Assembly (NCBI RefSeq): GCF_018350175.1
Contig: NC_058372.1
Location: 620,001-684,000, forward strand
Reading direction: 5' to 3'
From: Felis catus
Taxonomy: Eukaryota
DNA length: 64,000 nt
Shown here: piece by piece, positions 12,919 through 23,389 of the stretch
Layout: the number at the start of each line of letters is the position of its first letter
Numbering within the stretch: the first letter of the stretch is position 1
The notes under the pieces: model-generated
What the model saw: only the letters and a program-made list of their open reading frames with translations
Database searches by the model: none
Told to the model about the DNA's origin: nothing
Translations under genes and position numbers: made by a program

Positions 12919-13135
12919 TGGGGCAGTGGGTGGCTCAGTCGTTTAAGCGCCTGGTTCTTGATCTCGGCTCAGGTCATGATCTCACAGTTTGTGAGTTTGA
13001 GCCCCGCATAGGGCTACACTCTGTCAGTGAGGAACCTGCTTGGGATTCTCTCTCTCTTCCTCTCTCTCTATTCCTCCCCTGCTCTCAATCTCTCACTGTC
13101 TCTCTCTGAATGAATAGATGACTTAAACAAATTTT
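12919..13135 (+). mobile_element. Can-SINE
   Basis: SINE head and CT tract. Confidence 0.9.
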
Positions 13136-13462
13136 TGAAGAAGTATTTAGTTCTTAGTACATTGTAGGCAGAATGCTACATAATAGAGTATATGCCTTTC
13201 CAGTATTATCTCTATTGTGACTTCTCCAATAAGAGTAAACATTTACTTTTCTTTTTCTCCAGGACATGAAATATATTAGCTAGTGAGTGCTCATTTCTAA
13301 AAATAATCAATCAAATAAACAAAACCTTAATACCACATATAACATAATTGTTAGGGGGATTGGCTGGTGTCACGTTTTATGTTAAAGGTGATACTGTAGA
13401 ATCATAAAGCCATTCTGTGTATCAGAGTTTACTCCACTGATTTCTACTTCTTTTTAAAAATT

Positions 13463-13683
13463 GGGGCGCCTGGGTGGCGCAGTCGGTTAAGCGTCCGACT
13501 TCAGCCAGGTCACGATCTCGCGGTCCGTGGGTTCGAGCCCCGTGTCGGGCTCTGGGCTGATGGCTCAGAGCCTGGAGCCTGTTTCCAATTCTGTGACTCC
13601 CTCTCTCTCTGCCCCTCCCCCGTTCATGCTCTGTCTCTCTCTGTCCCAAAAATAAATAAACGTTGAAAAAAAAAATTTAAAAA
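13463..13683 (+). mobile_element. Young felid-type Can-SINE
   Basis: ggggcgcctgggtggcgcagtcggttaagcgtccgac with CpGs intact. Confidence 0.95.
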
Positions 13684-13989
13684 TCTGTGGATTTGTTGAA
13701 AGGTCAATTCACCTTCAGTGAGTTTCTTGGTCAAGAAGGCAATTTCTTCACCATCTCTGTCCATTTCTCCACCTTTGATAATGGTACCTAACATAGAAGC
13801 ACTAAGTAAATATTTATTTAACTGGGTATATACTTGATTGATTTCAATTCTATACAGTTTATCAAGTTGCTTGAATTAGTCCATCAGATACTGTGGTTTA
13901 TTACATTGATTAATCCCTACCCAATGGAAAGAGGTTGAAAATCACTGAGGTAGTACCTTTTTGTTTTGCTGTAATCTATTTTGAGAACT

Positions 13990-14770
13990 CGCTGAAACTA
14001 ATTTTTAGGAAGCATTCTGGCAACAGCATGGATGTTTGGATTAGCAGGATGTAAGATTGAAAAATGAAATATTGCCAGGGATGGTGAAGGTTTGAACTGA
14101 TCTGTAAGTGTGACAAGAAGAAGTGACAAGTACAAGAGAAAATGGGCAGATAAAACCTGATGTGATGGATGTACAGAGAAAAGATATTGTGCTATTCTCC
14201 AAAACAGATACAGACAGGGAGGTGGTTGGGAGAGGAGGTGACCCTGATGAGAAAGACCCAGTCTGAGGTGATTGTGTGCTGAGCTTGAGGTCGAATATGA
14301 GGATCTAGAACTGAAAACACCATCAATGTAGAAAAGCAGTGAACCTAGCTCCTTTGAAAGGCACTTACAAGAATATTTTTAGGGGAAAAAAAGACAGAAA
14401 ATAGGGCTGAGGATGATGTTCAGATACCGTCAAATTTCAAGAGATATGCATGAGAGGAGCCAGGGGCTGAGGAAGACAGTCACAGAGGAAGGAGAAAACC
14501 AGCAGTGAGTGGCCTCACAGAGCCAATGGAAGAGAAATGTTTCAGAAGAAACTATATGATAGGATCATATGTTTAAGAAAGGAAATTTAAAATAACAACA
14601 AAAGCACATTGAATTGGCCATTTTGAAGATCATTTGTGGATTTGCTAGATCTATTTTGAAGGTTTCATAGGTGTCTGAACATGAACGAGGTTCAGAACAT
14701 GAATGAGATGTGAGAGGAAACACAGACATCGTGACCATTCTCCTCAGGAGGATGGCTATACATTTCGCAA
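13990..14770 (-). mobile_element. L2 fragment
   Basis: Purine-rich L2-like motifs (gaggaaggagaaaaccag...gagaaatgtttcagaag). Confidence 0.55.
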
Positions 14771-14786
14771 AATATGGAGAAGTTGC

Positions 14787-15170
14787 ACTCACCAGAGTTG
14801 GTCTTGGTCAGTAGGAGCAAATCTCATTTAATCCTAAAACTGAGCATCTTTGTTTTAAAAGCCAAGTTGGTAGCCTGGTCTCTGAAATGTTCAGGCCAGG
14901 AAAGGACTGAGATGCTTTCATAAGAGGCTGAACAGAGGGCATAGACCCAGGGACATTTTAACTTCTCCCAAAACCCATTGACACTGAAAAGAATCGAGTG
15001 TGGCCCAGGTACCAGGGAGCAGGTCTGCTTGGCGAGGGTGGTGTTTCAGGTAAACACAGTTCAGAGCGTGGGGCTTAATGGAGTGGCCCCCCAAGGGATT
15101 GCCTCAGTGGAAAGTAATTAATTACCATCTTAGGTTAACTGTATCTTGTAGCCTGTGCCTTCCAGGGAGG
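14787..15170 (-). promoter_or_regulatory. Candidate OR14J1 promoter and first non-coding exon
   Basis: O/E(EBF)-like sites (ccccaaggga ~15089, ttccagggag ~15160, acccagggac ~14945) next to homeodomain cores (TAATGG ~15076, TAATTAATTA ~15115). Minus-strand donor GTGAGT at 14787-14792. Confidence 0.5.
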
Positions 15171-15362
15171 GAAAAATGCATAATGTATATAACTTATTTT
15201 CTACAGTATAAGGTCAGACTTAGATTTCTCTAGAAAACAGTATTTTTTCATTAACAATTCAATTTCTATTTCAATTCAACTTTCTATTAACAATTTCAAT
15301 TTAGTGGTCATCAATAAAATCATGCCTGCTCATAAGGGCCTCATTTAGAAAAAGGGTATACT

Positions 15363-15595
15363 GGGGTGCCTGGGTGGCTCAGTTGGTTAAGCATCCAGCT
15401 TCGGCTCAGGTTATGATCTCACAGTTCATGGGTTCAAGCCCCGCATCCACCTCTGTGCTGACTACTCAGAACCTGGAGTCTGCTTTGGATTCTGTGTTTC
15501 CCTCTCTCTCTGTCCCTCCCCAGCTCGTGCTGTCTCTTTTTCTTCTCTCTCTCTCAAAAATAAATGAACAGTAAAAAAGAAAAAAAAAGAAAAAG
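15363..15595 (+). mobile_element. Can-SINE
   Basis: SINE head, CT tract and A tail. Confidence 0.92.
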
Positions 15596-15874
15596 GAAAT
15601 ATTTAGTAATTATTTGTTTGTATACACTTATACATAATAATAGAATCAAGTATCTTAGCACTAAAGCAATATTCAGAGCTCACTGAGTTTAAACTTCATC
15701 TAAACACGATCTTTTCTAAAATAACTCTGAACCTGATCATCTGGGTCCCATTATAACAATCACATAAATGAGTAATTTTCAACTAAAGACCGATGTATTC
15801 AGTTTTCAAATTCCTATCATTGTAGGAAAGGCATTTTTTATTGCAATATGAACATTAATGAAATCTACTTTCGG

Positions 15875-16062
15875 GTTTTTTTTGTTTGTTTTATAATGTT
15901 TATTTATTTTTGAGAGAGAGACAGACAGAGTGCAAGCAGGAGAGGTGCAGAAGGAGGAGACACAGGATCCGAAGCAGGCTCCAGGCTCTGAGCTGTCAGC
16001 ACAGAGCCCGACATGGGGCTCGAACTCAAAAACTGTGAGATCATGCCTGAGCCGAAGTTGGA
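15875..16062 (-). mobile_element. Can-SINE, 5' truncated
   Basis: Reverse SINE body; atctactttc duplicated on both sides. Confidence 0.88.
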
Positions 16063-18499
16063 TCTACTTTCTTAACGGTAAAAGAAATTAAAAATTTTTA
16101 AATCTTCCAACTACTCCTAAATATCAAAATTTCAATGTCAGTTATATTCCATTTGACCACCACTTAAAAATAGCTCTAAGTTCCCCTATTTTTAATATTA
16201 AGAAATTGAATTTTAAAAGTTGTAAACCAGCAGGCTTGGTTTTGAGTCCAGATCATTAATTATAGTCCTGCTTCAGTACCTCAGGAAGTGTCTCTGGGAG
16301 CATCTCACCTGTTTTTATAACGTTTTCATGAACAATAAAGTGATCAAAAAGAGATCTCTGAAATTAAGTTTTCAGAAGACTATCTGCTATTTTAATACAG
16401 GTTTTTATTGTGATCTGATCAATATTTTCATTAAAGCTTTGGATAAGAGTGGTAGATGATTATCAAAAGAAGTTAAAATCAATATTAGAGAATCCAAGCA
16501 TGTCAACATATTAATTAGTGGGCTAATTCCAAGAAAATCATGGTATAGTTCAAATAGGACAAAATAATAAAATATATCTTATATACAAAATCACATAGAA
16601 ATTGGAGAGGTGGGTGGGTGTGTTTTCTTGTTTAAAGAATGGGTAAATCCCATAAATACATGTTAAAAGCATCCAATGACCGCCAAAATAAAAACTCAAA
16701 AAAAAAAAAATCTAAAATATCTACTGTCCTCATCAAACCAAAACTGAATCATTCCAGAATTGAAAACTTTAAGACGATTGTAGAAAAAGGAGTGTGTTTG
16801 CAGCAAAAGTGATTAGCTGTCATTTATTCAAATTACTGGACAGCTCAGAAGGGACCTATATTTTCAATACTAAAAATGGTTGTCAGGTAAATAAGTCATA
16901 TAGAGATAGACAAATACTGTGTGATCTAAACAAAAAGGAACTCATATTCACAGAGAACAGATTGGTGGTTAACACAGGTGGAGAGAGGGGCCTGGGCAAA
17001 ATGGGTGAAAGTCATCAAAGGATACAAACTTTGGGTTTAAGACAAGTAAGTTCTGGGAATGCCTTGTACAGCATGGTGACTATACTTAACAATGATATAT
17101 ATTTGAACATTGCTACTAGAGTAGATTTTTGTAAGTTTTAAATTTAATTCCAGTTAACATACAGTGTAATATTAGTTTCAGGTGTACAACATGGTGATTC
17201 ACTTGCAAACAACATCCAGTGCTCTATACCCTCCTTCATCCCCATGACATTTCTCTCTCCCCCCTCCCACCTCCCTCTGGTGACCATCAGTGTGTTCTGT
17301 ATAGGTAAGTCTTTTCCTGGTTTGTCTGTTTTTCCCCTTTGCTCATTTGTTTTGTTTCTTAAATTCCACATATGAGTGGAATCATAGGGNNNNNNNNNNN
17401 NNNNNNNNNNNNNNNNNNNNNNNNNNNNNNNNNNNNNNNNNNNNNNNNNNNNNNNNNNNNNNNNNNNNNNNNNNNNNNNNNNNNNNNNNNNNNNNNNNNN
17501 NNNNNNNNNNNNNNNNNNNNNNNNNNNNNNNNNNNNNNNNNNNNNNNNNNNNNNNNNNNNNNNNNNNNNNNNNNNNNNNNTTTCATAATTTGGCTATTGT
17601 TGATAATGCTGCTATAAACATCAGTGTGCATGTTTCACTTTGAATTAATGTTTTTGTATTCTTTGGGTAAATACCTAGTAGTGCAATTGCTCGGTCATAG
17701 GGTAGTTGGAAAAATAGATCCTAATTGTGTGTGGGGGTAGATGGTATCTAGAGTTATTGTCTGATCGTTTCACAATATATGCATATATCAAATCACTTAA
17801 ATTTAAAAATTTAAATTTTAAATTAAACATTTTTGAGGTACCTCCATACTCTATTTTCTAGAGTGACTGCACCAGTTTGCATTCCCGCCAACAGTGCAAG
17901 AAGGTTCCCCTTTCTCCACATCCTTACCAACACCTGTTGTNNNNNNNNNNNNNNNNNNNNNNNNNNNNNNNNNNNNNNNNNNNNNNNNNNNNNNNNNNNN
18001 NNNNNNNNNNNNNNNNNNNNNNNNNNNNNNNNNNNNNNNNNNNNNNNNNNNNNNNNNNNNNNNNNNNNNNNNNNNNNNNNNNNNNNNNNNNNNNNNNNNN
18101 NNNNNNNNNNNNNNNNNNNNNNNNNNNNNNNNNNNNNNNNNNNNNNNNNNNNNNNNNATATAGTGAAGCAATGATTTCAGTAGATTCCTTAATACCCCTT
18201 ACCCATTTAGCCCATCCCCCCTCCCACAAACCCTCCAGCAACCCTAAGTTTGTTCTCCATATTTATGTCTCTTTTGTTTTGTCCCCCTCCCCGTTTTTAT
18301 ATTATTTTTGTTTCCCTTTCCTTATGTCCATCTGTTTTGTCTCTTAAAGTCCTCATATGAGTGAAGTCATATGATTTTTGTCTTTCTCTGACTAATTTCA
18401 CTTAGTATAATACCCTCCAGTTCCATCCATGTAGTTGCAAACGACAAGATTTCATTCTGGCCATTTTTAAAAAGTTTTTATTTAAACTCCAGTTAGTTT

Positions 18500-18707
18500 G
18501 GGGCACCTGGGTGACTCAGTTGGTTAAGCGTCCGATTTGGTCTCAGGTCAGGATCTTGCAGTTTGTGGGTTCAAGCCCCACGTTGGGCTCTGTGCTGGCA
18601 GCTCAGAGCCTGGAGCCTGCTTCAGATTCTGTGTGTTCCTCTTTCTGCCCCTCCCTGGCTCATGCTCCATCTCTCTCTCAAAAATAAATAAACATTAAAA
18701 AAAATTT
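18500..18707 (+). mobile_element. Can-SINE nested in an L1 tail
   Basis: TSD aactccagttagtt (18485 / 18708). Confidence 0.93.
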
Positions 18708-18808
18708 AACTCCAGTTAGTTAAAGTACAGTGTAATATTAATTTCAGGTGTGCAATTTATTGATTCAGTATTTACACACAATACCCAGTGCTCATCACAA
18801 GTGCCCTC

Positions 18809-19149
18809 AGTTATGCCCAGAATTCGTGATCCCCAAAGACCGCCAGGGAGCCGAGTCCGATGTAAGAGCAAAAGAGCCTTTATTTGAGCTAGCTCGAGCT
18901 CAATCCCCTACCTGCACCGAGGCAGCGGTGAGATACCTGGGAGAGAGAGCGAGTTTCAAAAGGACAAAGGTTTTATTGGGGCCTAGGGGCAGTTGGTGAG
19001 ATAATGGCTGTGGCCTCAGCCGATTGGCTGGGGAAGGGTCCCAGTCCTGTTAGGCAGGTGAGCGGGAGGTTACTCAAGGGGAGGAGGCGTGGTCAAGGTG
19101 AAGGACACAGAGCAAGATGGAGTCAGCTGGGGCAGGCCCGCCTTTTTCA
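18809..19149 (-). mobile_element. ERV1 (gamma-type) solo LTR, copy 1
   Basis: Reverse complement of the LTR at 21863-22215 (TGAAAAAGGCGGGCC...GGGCATAAC), with CCAAT and AATAAA. Flanked by ccctc/ccctc; removing it restores the host L1 sequence gtgccctccttgat. Confidence 0.9.
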
Positions 19150-20753
19150 CCCTCCTTGATTCCCATTCACCCATCCCCCACAGTCTCCCCTCTGTTAACC
19201 ATTGGTTGGTTTGTTCTCTACAGTTAAGAGTCTGTTTCCTGGTTTGTCTCTTTGTTTTTCTATGATCATTTGTTTCTTAAACTCCACGTATGAGTGAAAT
19301 CATGCGGTATTCATCTTTCCCTGACTTGTTTCGCTTAGCATAATACTCTCTACCTCCATCCGTGTCAATTGTAAATGGCAACATTTCATCCCTTTTGATG
19401 AATGAGTAATATATTGTATATATATATATATTCCACATCTTTATCCATTCATCAGTCAAAATTACAGTGAAATATCACCTCACATCTGTCAGAAGCCAGT
19501 TAGGTGGCGAGTGTTGGCTGCTGGTGGCCACAGGAGGGAAATGGCTCCGGCCACGTCCTGTTCCTAGTGGGGTCTTTCTGAGAATGCTGCCTCTCTGGGA
19601 TGTGCACAGAGATGAGCAAATAACCTCCCCACTCTGCACCCCAGGAGCTTCTCAGATTGCTTCCTCCTCGCTGTCCTTGGGCTGTTTGTCCCTCTTTGTC
19701 TCCAAGAGCAAGACAGTGCCCTCAGGCTGATCCCAGCCTCCTCCTTTAACATTCCAGGCTTGAATTCCTGCTGTTGCCAGAAGTCAGGAGATCCAGCCCC
19801 TCTAGCCCTGCGGGATGGTTGCTAGGGAGATTCATCATTCCCCACTCCCTCCCTTGCCCTTTTCCTTGACCTCTACCTCGGCCCCCTCCCCATCCCAGCG
19901 GCCAAGGTCCATTTCTCTCCCAAACTGCATCTGGGCATTCCTACCTTCTTGGCTGTGGCCTCTTCTCTACCTTAGGTTGTGGAGCTTGTCCTGACAGTCT
20001 TCAGGTTCGTTTTGGGGTGTTCAGAATGATTGAGTTACGTAGTTGTGTTCGTGGGTGAGGCCAGCCCAGGGCCTTCCTGCTCCACTGCCCTCTTCCCACC
20101 TATCTGAAGAGTAGATCTTACAAGTTCTCAGCACAAGAGAAATAGATCCTAACTGGGTGGGGATGGAGGGTATCTGGACTTATTGTGTGATTCAGTTAAC
20201 ATAAGGAATGCTACTTTGGCTTGCTTGCTGGTTTGAGCGTTTTCTCCTTCACATACCCCTCCCACCAACCACGCCGTGGATTTACACAAAAACTTTAAGG
20301 GTTTTTTACTTGCTAAACCGAACTCAGAAAATCATGTGCTGGCTTACGTTTATAAACATGGCTATCAGTGTAAAGTGTCACACAAGCAAAATTGGTTTGC
20401 ACTTCTTATAGGTGTATGTGGGGTATAATGGGAATACTGTTATTTTACCTAATTGTGGTATTTATTTTCCAGGTATCAAGTTTAAACACTTTTTCACAAT
20501 AATGCTTACCTTACTTTTGGGATTTTATGTGTGCTGTACCTCTATTGTTCAAGGGAGGTTAGGGCTAGCTGCAGTAACAATCCCAACTCAGTAATTTAGA
20601 CCCAAATACTACATTTTTTATTCATATAAAATATGACTGTGGAAATCAGTGTCTTATTCTTTCCAATAACCAGGTGATCCAGACCTCTCAAAATGTGACC
20701 TGCAAAGTTGCTGAGGACCAGGAGAAGTGCCAGAAGTAGGGGAAAGACAGGAG

Positions 20754-21338
20754 TTTTATTTTATTTTTTTAATATAATTTTTGAGAAATTGGTTTCTCAA
20801 CACATAGTGCTCATCCCAACAGGTGCCCTCCTCAATGCCCATCACCCACCCTCCCCTCTCCCCCATCCCCCATCAACCCTCAGTTTGTTCTCAGTCTCTT
20901 ATGGTTTGCCTCCCTCCTTCTCTGTAACTTCCTCCCCCTCCCCTCCCCCATGGTCTTCTGTTAAGTTTCTGAAGATCCACATAAGAGTGAAAACANNNNN
21001 NNNNNNNNNNNNNNNNNNNNNNNNNNNNNNNNNNNNNNNNNNNNNNNNNNNNNNNNNNNNNNNNNNNNNNNNNNNNNNNNNNNNNNNNNNNNNNNNNNNN
21101 NNNNNNNNNNNNNNNNNNNNNNNNNNACATCTTCTTTATCCATTCGTCAGTTGATGGACATTCAGGCTCTTTCCATAATTTGACTATTGTTGAAAGTGCT
21201 GCTATAAACATTGGGGTACAAGTGCCCCTATGCATCAGCACTCCTGTATCCCTTGGGTAAATTCCTAGCAGTGGTATTGCTGGGTCATAGGATAGTTCTA
21301 TTTTTAATTTTTTGAGTAACCTCCACACTGTTTTCCAG
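20754..21338 (-). mobile_element. 5'-truncated cat-type L1 3' end
   Basis: L1 3'UTR and ORF2 C-terminus (WKTVWRLLKKLKIELSYDPAIPLLGIYP). TSD aagacagga (20744 / 21339). Confidence 0.92.
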
Positions 21339-21862
21339 AAGACAGGATTTTTTTTTATAAGTATAGTCTTATTTTTACTTAAAAAAATATGGAAGGTACA
21401 CATTGAGAATTGAAATACTATGTCTTTTCTTTCTAGAGATGTGACATCATGTTTTCTGGTAATTTCTATGAAACATTGTGCTAAATCAAAGCATACATAT
21501 GACTATTAAAGCTGTTTGCTCTCTCCTCCTCATGCTGAGCCAGCCCAGCGGAACACTGCCTTGGTAGGGAGATTTTGACAGGAGGAAGGAACTGCAGAGT
21601 CCCTACTCCAACAGAAAACCTAACAAACAGAAAGCGTTTTAGCAAACCTGTACGAACACTTAACTGCTGTAAGAAAGGGAGACCTTTTAGCCTACTTCCA
21701 GCATAAACACACACTCATTGGGGCCAGTAAACTAGGTACACCAACGTAGAAAGCATCTTTGCTTTGATAGCGATAATAGCTAAAAAGTACACAGTATATA
21801 ATACTTTGATCTTTAAGTAGGTAATCATGGAAGCTCCGAGATTATAGCCACTAGGTTAGCCT

Positions 21863-22215
21863 TGAAAGGGCGGGCCTAGCCAGCCGACTCCATCTTGTTC
21901 TGTGTCCTTCACCTTGACCACACCTCCTCCCCTTGAGTAAACCCTCCCTCACCTGCCTAACAGGACTCGGACCCTTCCCCAGGACCCTTCCCCAGCCAAT
22001 CGGCTGAGGCCATAGCCATTACCTCACCAACTGCCCCCCCAGGCCCCAATAAAACCTTTGTCCTTTTGAAACTCGCTCTTTTTCCCTGGTATCTCACCGC
22101 TGCGTAGGTGCAGGTAGGGGATTGAGCTCGAGCTAGCTCGAATAAAGGCTCTTTGCTTTTGCATCGGACTCGGCTCCCTAGTGGTCTTTGGGGATCACGA
22201 ATTCTGGGCATAACA
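21863..22215 (+). mobile_element. ERV1 (gamma-type) solo LTR, copy 2, inside the ARL2BP retrocopy 3'UTR
   Basis: TG...CA termini and 4-bp TSD gcct (21859-21862 / 22216-22219). CCAAT at 21996, TATA-position AATAAAA at 22048, poly(A) signal AATAAA at 22141. Internal 13-bp duplication ggacccttcccca. Confidence 0.93.
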
Positions 22216-23389
22216 GCCTGAGTATTCATCTATAAAAATAGTTTTCTAAAAATGCTTAAAAGAATTCTGGAAACAGACTACATCAGGACCAGCAGAAGAC
22301 AGAGTGATGCAGGGACTGCCGAGTGTAAGACAAGGAAGTGATTTTCACATGTAGCTTCAGGTCAGGGGCATCTCTCAGTTATTCCTATGGCCAGGACTAG
22401 CTGGGATGGGAGCTGCTGCAGAGGGCAGCCAGCTCAAGGAACACCCTAGAGAAATGTTCCCACACAGGTAAAAACCCCTCTGAGGCTGCAGGACCGAAAC
22501 TGATGCATACAGGAAGCTGTGAGCACACAAAAAGCCTGATGGACATGCGGAGCCAAAGAGGGCTGGAGCTGGTGGGTTCTTCCAAATGCTGCTGACTTAC
22601 CAACATTTATGCTGGGGAAGGGGTCCCTGGGGGAATGCGGGCCTCAGGCTTGCTCCAGAGGAGCCTGACTCAGGCCAGAGAGAGGGGCCTACTTGGGGAG
22701 GAGTGCTAGGATTACTGAACACAAGGTGCTTCAGGGGCCTAGGAGGGTCAGAAGACTGTCTTCTGACCCACCAATACTTAACGTCAGTGAAGAGTTGTGG
22801 AACACAGCCAGTCTTTCCAAGATGTATTCTGTCGCATAGCCAAAGCCTCTTCCAGTCTATGGGGCTGGCGACGTCCAGAAAGATATCGTTGCCTGGTGGT
22901 AGGACCTAGTGCCGCAGATCATTCTGGGAAGCTGGCACAGGGGATGATTTGCACAATGAAGTCACCACCAAACCACTGCTTAAATCCAGTCCCCGGCCTT
23001 CTTTTTCTGCTCTGTAGTCCAGAAACATTTCCTTAAAAGCCAGAAAATCTGTGAACGTGAGCAGCATGTCAAATATGTCACCAGCCACTTCATCGTTATG
23101 GTGCTGCGAAGTTGTGGTGAAAGGTGCCATGTTAAATCCAGGAATCCGCTCCAGCAGCTGTTCTTCAATATACTTTTCTACCAAAGAAATATATTCGTTA
23201 AAAATAGGTGTGTAGGTGAGTTTATTCTCTTCTGTGTCTTCAAACTCCTGGTAGTACTTGTCCATGAAATTCCTCTGTAATAACTGGAACTCATCATCCA
23301 TGATAATGTCCTCTAAATATCCAACCACAGCATCAAATTCTGCATCAGAGGCAGAAGAGAAGGACAGAGCGAAGCTCTCTTTCTCTAGG

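Larger units (their letters stand above)
17138..20107 (-). mobile_element. Internally deleted carnivore L1 (3' end ~17140, 5'UTR 19490-20100) hosting younger L1s, a SINE and an LTR
   Basis: The reverse of 19950-20100 matches the recalled carnivore L1 5' terminus (cccacgaacacaactac...acctgaagactg...ctccacaacctaaggtagagaag). Flanked by agagtagat (17118 / 20108) within an older plus-strand L1M 3' end (16880-17137 and 20108-20200). Confidence 0.75.

Noticed and set aside
17347-18347. ORFs containing long X runs (also near 5.5, 21.0 and 41-42 kb)
   Set aside because: Artefacts of N gaps.
18809-22215. The two LTRs as ends of one provirus or a TIR transposon
   Set aside because: They are in opposite orientation with separate TSDs, and there is no gag/pol/env, PBS or transposase between them.
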